Below are positions 1 to 11,739 of a stretch of 64,000 nt of DNA, one piece after another. Origin of the DNA: Somniosus microcephalus (lineage: Eukaryota); the NCBI GenBank assembly GCA_052327205.1, contig CM126204.1, positions 302,250,001-302,314,000 on the forward strand, read 5' to 3'. Within the stretch, counting starts at the first letter, position 1; each line of letters begins with the position of its first letter. The notes under the pieces were generated by a model. That model worked only from the letters and a program-made list of their open reading frames with translations. It did no database searches and was not told the origin of the DNA. The translations under genes and the position numbers were made by a program.

Positions 1-1569
1 GGGAGTCTGGGGTTTCATTCACTGGAATCGGAGTCTGATGAGGCGTTCACAGACGGCCTGCCTCCTCCCTCCCTCCTCTTTTTCATCCTTGTCCTCATCC
101 TCCTCCTGAGGTGGTCCTGCAATCCCTGGAGGCAGGGGCTGCACCCTCATGATTGCCAAGTTGTGAAGCATGCAACAGACCACCATGAAATGGGACACCT
201 GCTCCAGCGAGTACTAGAAGGCTCCTCCTGAGCGGTCAAGGCAGCGGAACCATTGCTTGAGCACTCCGATGATCTGCTCGATGATGTCCCTGGTGGCAGC
301 ATGGCTGTCAATATATGAGTGCTGGGCACAAGTGGTGGGGTTGTGAAGGAGTGTCATCAGCCAGGTGCAGAGCAGATAGCCCTTGTCTCCAAGCAGCCAC
401 CCTCGGGTTTAACGTTGTGGATGGAAGGTTGCTGCTGCCAGGATACCGGGCATTCACCATCATGATGCGCTGGGCGTGGTCACACAACAACTGCACATTA
501 AATGAGGGGTAGCCTTTGCGGTTATGGAACATCTCATTGTTACGCGGTGCCCGCAAAGCCACGTGTGTGCAGTCAATGGCGCCCTGCACCATGGGGAAGC
601 CCGCTATCCTGGCAATGCGACATGCGCACTCATCCTGCTTCTCTCTGTTCAGAGAGAAGGCAATGAAATCCCTTCTCCTGGAGTAGAGAGCCTCTGTGAC
701 CTCCCAGATGCAGCGATGGGTGATGTTAGCTGTGTCTCCTGTTGCAGACTGGAAGGAGCCGCTGACGAAGAAATTGAGGACCACGATGACCTTGAGGGCC
801 ACTGGGAGAGCCATCATCACCCTGCTCTGAGGCTGCAGGTCTGGTTTCAGGAGGTGATAGAGTTCTGTGACCACCTCTTTGGTGAAGCAGAGTCTCCTAA
901 TACATTGCTCCTCACTTAAGTGGAGGTAGGAGAATTGCTCTCTGAAGATCCTAGGTGTGTAAGCCCTCCTGGCCCTCCTCCTCCCTCTGCAAGCATCTTC
1001 TCTTCTTTGCTGCCTCCGCTCCCTCTCCCGAAGATACTCGACTGCGAGGGGGACTGCAAGTAGAGCCCCCATGACTGTGAGCAAGTGTTGTGAGCAGAAG
1101 ATTTTAAGTTAGAATGAAGGCGTTCTCCACTTGCACAAACACTCCCTGTCACCTCAGGAACTTTAAACAAGTTTAGAAAGCTGCAAGAGTTGCAGAAAGT
1201 TACACAGAGCCAGTCAAACTAAGAAACCATGTCAGCTGTAAGTTGTTGATGATGATCCCATTAAATATCGCTGCTGGCAGCTCCTTCCTGCTGCTGCACA
1301 CTTAGTCAGCTGGTCATGATTAAGAGAGGGTGGTAAGTGGAGTGGCAAAAATGGCAGATCGTGTGTCAAGTGAGCGTTGCACACTCATTGATGTTACAAT
1401 CTGACTCATTTCCATTTCTGCAGTGAGCGCTGGCAATGGCGATGCTGCTGACCTCTCCAAAATGGCGGCGGCTGCAAAACCCGCCAGAAGCAGGTGGAAG
1501 CGTGGTGGCCACCATTTTTTCTTTAAATAGTCCTTAACGGCCAGCGCTAAACCCACAAATTTCTAGACC
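1..1569 (-). mobile_element. PIF/Harbinger DNA transposon, right part (runs off the window start)
   Basis: Contains a HARBI1-like transposase pseudogene. The terminus reads GGTCTAGAAATTTG on the - strand. Subterminal 1450-1569 is homologous to 13770-13890 and includes a YY1-like AAAATGGCGGC. Confidence 0.85.
19..1072 (-). pseudogene. Harbinger DDE transposase (HARBI1-like), frameshifted with small deletions
   Basis: ORF motifs GFPMVQGAIDCTHV, NRKGYPSFNVQLLCD and ARYPGS are typical of DDE_Tnp_4. The C-terminus continues in another frame to ...ERLIRLRFQ* (stop 19-21). Confidence 0.9.
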
Positions 1570-1744
1570 TTTTTGTCGACAGTTGATCTGAAGGAATTTA
1601 TGCTGGATTTGTGTCATTCCAGATGAAAAAACTAAGCAGTAAGTTTATTTTGTGCAAGTAGGAAGACGGAAAATAAATAAATTCTGAAGTAAGTTGCAAG
1701 AGCATTGCTATTTTAGTTATGTTCACTGGAGGCCTTCAGCACAT

Positions 1745-1967
1745 TGACTAGGCTGTACAGCACTGAGGCAATGCTGCATTGTTGGAGGTGCCATCTTTCA
1801 GATGAGATATTAAACCGAGGCCCTATTCAGGTGGATGTAAAAGATCCCAATGCACTAATTGAAAAAGAGTAGTAGAGTTCTCCTGATGTTTTGGCCAACA
1901 TTTATCTCTCAGTAAACATCAACAAATAGACTAACTGGTCATTTACCTTATTGCTGTTTGTGGAACC
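1745..1967 (+). mobile_element. Deu-domain SINE (SacSINE1/AmnSINE-like), 5' part, interrupted by the Gypsy element
   Basis: GCTGCATTGTTGGAGGTGCCATCTTTCAGATGAG...AAACCGAGGCCC...GGATGTAAAAGATCCC...TTGCTGTTTGTGG resembles the Deu core as I recall it. The sequence resumes after the LTR element. Confidence 0.75.
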
Positions 1968-2211
1968 TGTGATAAATCCATGTAGTGAGACAAGGAACTT
2001 GAAGAGGCGAGGTATGAGGATTAAGATGAGTACTTTATTGAATGACTGTGAGACAACCAGACAGGCCTGCTTCCAGGCATTGCACCTTTGCTGACCTTAG
2101 CAGGAAGCTAACCCCTGAACTTAACAGGAAGCAAACCCTGACCTTAGCAGCAGCATTGGCTACAGCACCACCTGGTGGATAACCTTAATCATAACATCCC
2201 AGATTACTATA
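1968..2211 (-). repeat. 3' LTR of the Gypsy element
   Basis: About 10 mismatches to the other LTR by eye. AATAAA on the - strand. Adjacent PPT (TTAAGGGGGGGAGGGA) at ~2212-2226. Confidence 0.95.
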
Positions 2212-2313
2212 TCCCTCCCCCCTTAAGATTTCAGTATGAATTTCTTAACAAACAACCATTCCTAAGGGTCACATAAGAAGTCCCCATTCACCATGTTCCA
2301 TACTTGACGAATC

Positions 2314-5300
2314 TAACAGGTCAGTATCAATCTCTCTGGTGGCTTGCGAGTCCTTTGTGAACGTCTGACAGTAAAGTCCCTGCTTGTTTGTGGTGAAGCC
2401 ACCAGCTGCTCCTGAGCAGTGCTCGGAGTATCTGACTCTGCAACGATGGTTTCCTCTTGGTGAATGGGTTCCTGTGGAATTGTCTCTGTCCCTGGTGGTG
2501 GCACCACAGATGCACTTGGATAACTGGGGGCAAACCTGTCTTCAGTCATTGCATCTGGAACCTTCATTTCGATTTCCCCTTGTCTGGCCAGGAATCCACT
2601 TGGGTCCATAACTGAAATTCCTGGTAAGGACCGCATCTCCTTCTCCAAAACTTTGGCTCTTTGTTCTTTTGTCATGGTTCTCTTTTTGTTTGTTTTGTCT
2701 GTTTTCCATTTTCCTTTTTAGGTCTGGGTGGACAAGGTCAAGAGTGGAGCGTAGTCTACGACCTAATAACATCTCAGCAGGAGAGAGTCCTGTGGTGGAT
2801 TGAGGTGTTATTCTGTAGCTGAACAGAACCCGTGACACTTTGGCTGCTAATCTCCATTCTGCACTTTTTATCATCATCACTTTAAATGTTTGTACGGCAC
2901 TCTCCGCAAGTCCATTTGAGGACGGATGATATGAGGCCGCGGTCACCTGCACTATGCCATTTTTTCTCAAGAACTCTTTTGTCTCTGTACTCACAAAACA
3001 AGTGGCATTGTCACTTACCACGATCTCCGGTAGCCCTTGATTACTGAAGCTCCGACGCAGGCAGTCTATAGTAGTAGCGGCGGAAGCAGAATTTACAGGA
3101 TAAACATCCATCCATTTGGAATGTGCATCAATGATTATGAGGAACATCTTCCCCATGAATGGACCCGCATAATCTAAGTGCAATCTTCTCCATGGTTTAT
3201 CCGGCCACTCCCAGGGGTGGAGAGGAGCTGCTGCTGGTGCCTTCTGGTGTTCCTGACAAGTGCTGCATGTCTTGACTAGATTTTCTATCTCCCCCACCCC
3301 GTAAGGTGAAGCGTCACAAGAGAGAATGATGTCTTTCTCTGCATTGTAGTGAACCAGCACATCCGACGACAGCATCAGTTTCTTGGACTGTTCAAATGAA
3401 ACCCCCTGCTCCTCTCCCCACTGCCACTGTGTCTCCTTGCGCAGTAGTTTGTGAAGAGGTGCTAACACTGTTGACAAGTTCGGTAAAAACCTGTTATAAT
3501 AGTTCAGCAGTCACAGGTAAGCTTTTAACTCAGCCACATTTGTAGGAGCAGGGGCGTCCTGCAGCGCTTGTACCTTCTCCTTGAGTGGATGGAGCCCAGT
3601 GGCGTCCACTCTGTGTCCCAGGAACACTGCCTCATTCCCCAGGAAAGTGCACTTACTCCTCTTGAGCTGGAACCCTGCCCTCTCCAATCTCTGTAGTACC
3701 TCCTCTCTCAGGGTGCTCAGATGCTCCTGGTCGGTTCGTCCCATCACCAGAATGTCATCCAGATAGATGGAAACATGTGGAATCCCTTGCAGTACACCTT
3801 CGATTGTCCTCTGGAAGATAGCTGGACTAGATGAGACACCAAACGGTAAGCGGTTATATGTAAACAAGCCCTTGTATGTATTTATGGTGACATACTTCTT
3901 TGATTCATCATCCAGTGTAATCTGCAAGTAGGCATGACTCATATCCAACTTTGTGAATTTCTTTCCTCCAGCCAGGTTTGCAAAGAGATCCTCTGTTTTG
4001 GGAATAGGATACTGCTCTAGTTTGGACACCCAATTGACTGTCAATTTATAGTCTCCACAGAGTCTTACCGAATTGTCCGGTTTTAAAACAGGTACTATGG
4101 GAGCTGCCCATTCCGAACATTTCACTGGCTCCAGTATGTTCTCTCTCAATAGACGGTCAAGCTCAGCCTCTACCTTTGGCTTCATGGCATAAGGCACAGG
4201 TCGTTGTTTAAAAAACCTTGGCGGTGCCTCCTTGTCTACATAAATCTTAGCTGGGGGGCCATTAAATGTGCCAAGTTCCTCCTTGAACACATTCTCATGT
4301 TTACTCAACACTTCTTGCAAAGTCAACTGTTTGCCCGCATCTATTTGATGTACTGCTCCCCAGTCTAATTTAAGTTCTTTTATCCAGCCCCGACCTAACA
4401 GATTTGGTCCGGTACCCGATACTATAACTACAGGTAGCTGTTCCACTGTGTCCCTGTGTTGCACAGTTACCTTAGCTGTACCTAATGTCGCTACTCATTC
4501 ACCTGTATATGTTTTAAGATGCAGGGAGCAAGGCTTTAACTCTGGAACTTTTGCACGGTTCCACAATTTTGAGTACTCTGCCTTGTTCATTATGGTCATG
4601 CCACACCCTGTATCCACTTCAAAGTTCACCTTAGAATCATTTACTGTCAGTTGCAATGTGATAGGAGCCACTTTTGGAATGTTCTCTAACATGCCATACA
4701 TTATGAACATGTTCTCTTCTTCCTCAGCTTCCCCGCTGATGTGGTGTGCTCCATGTTTTTTCACTTCTCTCCCTTAGTTTTGCTGTCCTCCCCCTTTTGG
4801 TTTGGATTCCTTCACAGGAGATTTCACCCTGCAAGCTTGTTTTATGTGTCCTTGTTTCCCACACTTGTAGCACTTTTCCTCCAGAAACCGGCATTCACTC
4901 GCCAGGTGATCGCCCTTGCATCTATAACAATGCCTTCACATGCTCACGTTGTGGTTTCTGACGCATGTTCAACTTGTGCACAACAACCTGACCTGCAACT
5001 TGCATAGCATTAGCCCTGTCTGAACCCTGTATTTCTTTTACATCTCGGTTCACTGTCTCTATGGCTTGAGCAAGTGCCAATGCTTTTTCATAAGTAAGCC
5101 CAGTCTCAGATAATAATCTGCGCTGCATTCGGTCGTCCATTATTCCGCAAACTAGCCTATCTCTCAGCATTTCCTTCAGGTTGTTCCCATAATTGCAATC
5201 TTGTGCCAATTTACGCAACACGGCTACATAGTCCATTACACTCTCTTCCTCTTTCCTGTTCCTTGAATTAAACTTGAACCGCTGTACAATCTCACTAGGC

Positions 5301-5563
5301 TTAGGATTGAAATGTTCTTTTAGCACAGCCACTAATTCAACAAATGATTTGTCTCCAGGCTTTTCAGGATTGAGCAGGTTCTTCATCAAACTGTAGGTTT
5401 GGCTTCCCACTGAACTAAGCAGAATGGCTTTCCTTTTTCCAGCATCATTTATTTCATTTGCTTTGAAAAAATAACCCAACACTTCACAGTATTCCTCCCA
5501 AGTTTGTGCTTGAATATCAAAAGCAGAGACCATTCCTACCATGGCAGCCATGCTCTCTTCCAA
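2314..5563 (-). pseudogene. Disrupted gag-pol polyprotein
   Basis: Gag at 4922-5563, followed by two frameshifted CCHC knuckles (CYRCKGDHLASEC, CYKCGKQGHIKQAC, ~4830-4930). Protease FEVDTGC, RT with YLDD, RNase H start DASPYGVG, integrase HLDYAGP/SDNA/SNGLAE. Confidence 0.93.
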
Positions 5564-5637
5564 CTGGTAGCTAACTGCAGCTCGTGATTTTGTTGTTTAA
5601 ACGTCCTGGCAGACTTCTTATTCAGGGTCGTGTTTTA

Positions 5638-5648
5638 CCTCGTCACCA
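5638..5648 (-). promoter_or_regulatory. Primer-binding site, probably for tRNA-Ser(GCT)
   Basis: TGGTGACGAGG lies just inside the 5' LTR. It is one C>T change from the complement of the tRNA-Ser(GCT) 3' end (CCTCGTCGCCA). Confidence 0.7.
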
Positions 5649-5650
5649 AA

Positions 5651-5894
5651 TGTGATAAATCCATGTAGTGAGACAAGGAACTCGAAGAGGCGAGGTATGA
5701 GGATTAAGGCGAGTACTTTATTGAACGACTGTGAGACAACCAGGCAGGCCTGCTTCCAGGCATTGCACCTTTACTGACCTTAGCAGGAAGCTAACCCCTG
5801 ACCTTAACAGGAAGCAACCCCTGATCTTAGCAGCAGCATTGGCTACAGCACCACCTGGCGGATAACCTTAATCATAACATCCCAGATTACTATA
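5651..5894 (-). repeat. 5' LTR of the Gypsy element
   Basis: Direct repeat of 1968-2211. Confidence 0.95.
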
Positions 5895-6030
5895 GAACCT
5901 TGCTATTTACAAATTTGCTGCCATGCTTATTATATAACAACAGTGATTACACTTCAAGAAGTAATTTATTGACTGTGAAGAACTTTGAGATGTCCTGAAG
6001 ACACATTATATAAATGGAAGTTCTTTCTGT
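5895..6030 (+). mobile_element. Deu-domain SINE, 3' part with L2-like tail
   Basis: CTTGCTATTTACAAATTTGCTGCC...ACAACAGTGATTACACTTC...TATATAAATGGAAGTTCTTT continues the SINE broken at 1967. Confidence 0.75.
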
Positions 6031-6209
6031 CTTTTTTTCCTGAATTGCAGGAAAGAAGGTCTGTTCCAATCTTGTACAGAAAACACGGTGGATTTACATT
6101 GGCAACTTTTGCACTTCCTGTAGAATGATGGTGACAAGATACTTTAGCCCATGTTTATGACACAGTAAGAATAGGTTTAACCAGTGAGTGGTGAAACAGG
6201 CTTTCAAGA

Positions 6210-6670
6210 TAAACACAAGGGAGACATTTCAACCCTGGAGGCAGTTCAGAGAAGAGTCATGAAACTGATCCCTCATGTCACAGCACTGAGTAATAAGGAA
6301 AAACTGGAGAATCTTGGGCTGTTTAGCCTTGAAAGGAGGTGACTGAGAGGTGATTGGATGAAGGTATATAAAATAATAAACATCGTGGAAAAGATAGATT
6401 CATAAAATTACTTTAAACTAGACTGTGGGAATAAGACAGGGGTCATGGATTCAAACTAACAGTAAGCTAATTTAGAACTAGTGTCAGGGAGGTCTTCACG
6501 TAAAGATTGTTCAACATATGCAATGGACTTTGGGTTGGGTAATGGAGGTAAAAACTTTGGACTCATCTAAAAAAACAATTGGATGTCATGATTGGAGGGA
6601 CTGTAGGGTATTTTGGAAAGAATGTCTTGCAATGGGATAGATGGTCTTCTCATCTGTATTGATCTTGTGA
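6210..6670 (+). mobile_element. Old CR1 LINE 3' fragment
   Basis: Decayed coding for LEAVQRRVMKLIP...LGLFSLERR*LRGD, homologous to the CR1 C-terminus at 14540-14900. Confidence 0.75.
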
Positions 6671-7923
6671 TAAGCAAAGTATTCCTGTAGAGGGGGAATG
6701 TGTGAAACCTTGAAGACAGACAAGTTATTTGATAACTGTACAATTCCTGATAGATATTGGCAACAACTACAAACTCAGAAAGAATAATAAAATGGACAGA
6801 AAACAAGTGCCTATTGAAGAAGAAGGAACAGCAACTAAAACAGTAATGGCAATTGAAGGAAAAAGCATATCTGCAGGCTAATGCAAAAAGCTTATTAGGC
6901 AAAGAGACGTACACACAGCCCAAAGAAATAGATTTGTCAAATGAAATAGAAGCTTTGCAGACTGAAGGAAAAGGTTAACTGAGAAAAGGAGAGAGCATGT
7001 TAGTTAAAAGAGTTGGTTGAAGGGATCGAAAGTTGAAAATATATTGAAAATAGCAATGATTAATGCAGTACGTTGGTGAATCAATGCTCAGTGCTGCGGA
7101 CTGGTAGGACACACATTCTGTTTCCCCAATTCTTCTGAGTTTCAGTTCTAGCTATGATGTTTTAGGGAAGGATAATCAGAGGGAGAGTTGCATCCAAAAT
7201 ACTATAACTCTGCCTCAAAATGGCAAATTCAGAACAGCAATGATAGAAAGACGCAGACAGGTCATCTCAGCCATCTTCAACGTATTTAGTAACCCCAGGA
7301 AGAAAAACTTAAATGAAATAAACAGTACTGTGGTGTATTATCCATTTGAACTTGTCATATCCAAACCTATTCCAATGTCTCCCTCTTCAGCTTAAATTAC
7401 ACACCAGAAAGGAAATAGCAATATGACCTACTATCTTGATCATCCTGTTCAATCACTGTCCTCCCAAAAAGACTGCAAATTTAGCATCACTCTGATCATG
7501 TTCAGGGCAAGTGGCTTTATGCAGACTGATCATTTTGTGCAGATCCACCTAGAAGCACTTTCATATTATAAAGCTGATGAAGACAAACTGTTTTCATGCC
7601 TCGATTGAGGATATACTTGCAGAACCATATAGTCCAGATTATGCCATTTTGTTCTAATCATGTTTAATCCATATACTGAACTTTGTAGCCATATAAAGAG
7701 GATAATTATAGCTGACAACACAAAATGTAACAATCTTAGTAAATTGATGATACCTGCAGCAGATAAATTGTACAGAATAGAGTATGTGGTTCATGGTCTA
7801 AAATAAAGAGACAGTCAAAACAATGCTTTTAGAGAAAAATATTATATTCCGATTGAGATGTTTGAAAATAACTGTGGGTACCATCATATGAGCTGCAGGC
7901 ATAAGACAGCAATGTTCCAGATA

Positions 7924-8257
7924 CAGGAAACTTTCAATTAACCGGCCACTAAATAACCGGAAATGTCGGTTAACCGGCAAAATTCAGGAGTCAGTTCAGA
8001 TAACTTTTTTTATTTTTAGCTACTTTTTTTTACTCATTTCTGGCTGTGCAAGCGTCTAACTGAAGCTGTTGCTAAGCTACAGAGACGCTTGCAAGCTGTG
8101 CTGATTGTTTTGAAGCTGTTGCTAAGCAACAGGATTTGTTGCTGTAGACAGAGCGCTGAGCTCCGTATCTTTTAACTATAGCGCTCGATTCTCCTGCATT
8201 GTTGATACACCGGCACCAGCTTGGTCCCGTCCGTGCTGGATACCAGAAAGTTTCCTG
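7924..8257. mobile_element. Tc1/mariner (Tigger/pogo-like) MITE
   Basis: TA-CAGGAAACTTTC...GAAAGTTTCCTG-TA gives TIRs with a TA TSD. Internal direct repeat TGAAGCTGTTGCTAAGC. Confidence 0.8.
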
Positions 8258-8307
8258 TAATTACATTTATAGATTGGTCAATGAGGCCTGTTTAGGGAGT
8301 ACACAAT

Positions 8308-9074
8308 GGCCTGGAATTTGTGGTCAGCAGTGAAGTGACACCGCTCACCGCTGACTGTGAAAAAAGCTGCCCACAATGATCTAGCAATCTCTGTGGCGTG
8401 AATTATACCTCTCCCATTGTTAGTTTGAATCTGGTGCCAAATCAAATGAATCTCCAGCATCCAGCAACAGTGGTGTCATCAAGCAGGCTAAGCAGCCAAT
8501 CACAGTGAAGAATTCTCACCACCAGCAAACCAGGAAGTAAAATGCACAGATTATAATTTACTTTTTATAACTTTTACAGAGAGCAAAATGAAGATTGGGA
8601 CATACACATAGCATTAAGGTAGAAGCTGAAATATCATAAACAAACTTTTCTTTTTAATTACTATATTAAAAACCATGTAATTCTTATCAAATTAATGGAA
8701 AAATTTGAAATTTCACAAATATAAAATTAGTTTTTCAGAGTCAGAATGGGTGTTCAACAATCAATACGGTATTAAAAACCCAGTTACATCTCTTTCAACA
8801 AGGCTTCACTTTTTCAGGGGATTTTAACAATGATATTCCAGCATAATAGGGGAAGTTTTCATCAGGAACTACATTTCAGTGTAATTTGAATAGATTGTGG
8901 TCTCCAGGGAGTTCCACAGCCCAACCTGTGGAGAAGCGTAGAATCACTGACAGCAACTTCTGGAGTTTTGTGTTTATCTGTGCATGCGCAGACTCCAGAA
9001 GCTGACACTTTCAGAGGAGTAATGATGACAAACGCTGACAGTTTTGCCATCATTGCCATCGCAAAATCCGGGCC
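8308..9074. mobile_element. Harbinger-type MITE
   Basis: Imperfect TIRs GGCCTGGAATTTGTG and CGCAAAATCCGGGCC, flanks AAT and ATT, AT-rich centre. Confidence 0.7.
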
Positions 9075-11739
9075 ATTATCTGAGGTGCTAATGCTCAGAA
9101 CTATTAATTTTAGCATGTCATGAAGTTCAGAAAAGATTCAATATATTTGCTGGAAACAACTCCAATATTCTCCACTAGCGGAGACTACTAACTGGTTTCT
9201 GCAGTTCTGCTACTTTTCTGACCTCAATTCTTAAACATTCCCTTTCCTGCTTTATTTTAGCCTATCATTAGAGATCAGATATAAAACATGGAATGGATTA
9301 ATATGCTACAGTTCCTACTTGTGAAAAAAATGGCTACAGAATCCCAAACCGTGATGAGATTTAAACACCAATCTTACACAGTAAATGCAAGTCCTAAATC
9401 TGAGCAAACTGAATTATCACTCCTGCAGATTATACAAGCCACCTTACCAGAGGGATTTGCTGCTTTATTGTTTAGTTAGTTTTTGGCTCAAAATTTTGGG
9501 TCTAAAAGTTTCAGGCAGAATCCTATCCTTGTTTTGGATAGAACTGACAAATGATTGTCTTTCCCATCTTCTGTCATTCATTCCTCATTAAAGAGCTTTG
9601 TACTGTGCCCAGAGGTACAGCACAGAAATAATTTCATTCTCAATCATTGACAGGGTATGGAGGTTATATTTGGCATGTCATAAATCTGCTGATTTTCCAA
9701 CACACATATCCAACACAGGTATGGAATAATATTGCATTCCTTGCCAACATTATCCTTTACCTTTATGAGTGCCAAAGAAATGTGTTCATTCAGTATATTA
9801 CAAGTTGTTTAGGAATGATCTCTGTGCAGAATAATAGAACAAACTGACTGGATGACTATTTAGTTGTATTACATTAGGTTTAACTGGTCAGGCTGTCTTG
9901 GAAATACAGCTTGTGTAGGGTCCAATTGACAGAATTGTTGTGTCTTCACTGCAAAAGACTGCCTTACAAAATAGAACATGTTTGGGTCCTGTTGACAAGA
10001 CGGTCCTGTTATTCCAGATAAATGGTATGTTATCCTGTCACACCTCAACTTCCGATTAGTCGGCAATCATGCTAAAACTGATTGCACTGTGATATTCACT
10101 GCACGGCAACAGTACAGCTGTTCTTTTCAGATACTGTTCATGCTTGTATTATATTAGGCCAATGTTACACAAGGTAATTGATTGGGAGCAATACGTGATT
10201 GTGTAATGTCATTGATGACTGCCAATTGGTTAAACGATGCAATAATGTATCAGCAAATGCACCAGTAGGGAAATAATTGAAGATACAGTTTTTTTTATAG
10301 CCTTGTCAGACATCTACATAAAACTCTATCAACAAAGTCAAATCAAAATAGACTTCCTTTTATTTGAATGGAAAAGACCAACAAAATTCATGTTTAAATT
10401 TTTCCCCTGTATTCACACTAGTGCTGTTTGTAGCACAAAGCCAATACAAAGTCCTGGGGGTGGAGTATAGCAAAAATGGTATTGTTTACCATGATACTGA
10501 CCACCATTTTTAATAGCATGTAAATTAGTTTTTGGCACAGAAGCACAGCTTTTGCTTCGCCTTGCTCACTGTTTTGTGATTGAAGACAAACACAGCTCAA
10601 TGCAATTATTTTTTGGGTAAGCTTGCTTTTCTTAAAGGGTTTTTTCTCCTCCAATTTTCTCCTCTAACCTGTCCTCTCCTGAAGATGCTGATTCATTGAG
10701 CTACAGTTCTGTGGCATTCACACCTCCTCATCCATTCTTCAAGTATGATTCTGAATAGTTAGTATCAGTAGGTTGTTCAATATTGAAGCTATCACAGAAA
10801 AATCCAATTCTGTCTGCACTGGACATCCCATACGCACACACACACACACATTTTCAGCTGGGGTCTTTGCATAGCAACCATGGCAGATCTTTTCATATTC
10901 TTAGCTCAGGGTATGAAGATCAACTTGGAATCATGATCACTACAGGGTAGTCTTAGTAATAGCAATTTAAGAATGATAATTTTTTGTTTTAGAATGAGGT
11001 GAGTATTGCGAACTCGATGGTATGTGATTTGCAAACACCAAGGAGGTAATTCTAGCATTTTTTGGATACCAACGATTTTGTAGCTCTAGATGCATTGTAT
11101 CCTGCTCGGTGACCTACTTGTAAGTTTTGGGTTACTTTCAATGTCAATTATCCAGTGCTCTATGAATGATTGGGTTGAAAATAAATTTAAACATTCAATA
11201 AATGAGATAAAAAAGGAATTCGGGCACCATGGAGTGGTGGGGAACAGGTTCATGGCTGTAATTGCCAGCCTGCTGAGTTTCTGATCTTCACTGTGGTATC
11301 ATGGCAAGGCATCATGTCCTTCACTACAGAGGTACAAGGGAAACCAGAGGAGCAGTGACCCAGAATCAATCTCATGCACCTTTTAGTACTAAGATAAAAG
11401 ATGAATACAATCAATTTTCCCTAGCAGAATAGTTAGAGCATGTATCATTGATCCTTGATGGTCTAGAGAGATTGCTGTTAGAATCACACTGTATCATTCT
11501 GCTTCATGAATATTCTGAAGTCAAACTCAACCCTGAATCTGAGAAAACTGAATGATCACTCCTGCAGATTATACTAGCGTAGGAACCACAGTGAAATTCT
11601 ATTTTTAATTTATGAGATTAATTTATATTCTTGAGATTGTTATATTAAGTTACTTAATACATTTTTTGACTGCTTCAGTTGAAATGTACGTGTAACCTAT
11701 TGTATCATTTCAATTTCAGTCACCATTTTAAAAGATATT

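Larger units (their letters stand above)
1968..5894 (-). mobile_element. Gypsy/Ty3 (Mag-like) LTR retrotransposon with two LTRs, internally deleted
   Basis: 244-bp LTRs at 1968-2211 and 5651-5894. 5-bp TSD GAACC at 1963-1967 and 5895-5899. PBS and PPT present. Domain order gag-PR-RT-RH-IN. Confidence 0.95.

Noticed and set aside
308-1084. Domesticated HARBI1 gene
   Set aside because: Frameshifted, with small deletions, and still attached to a transposon terminus.
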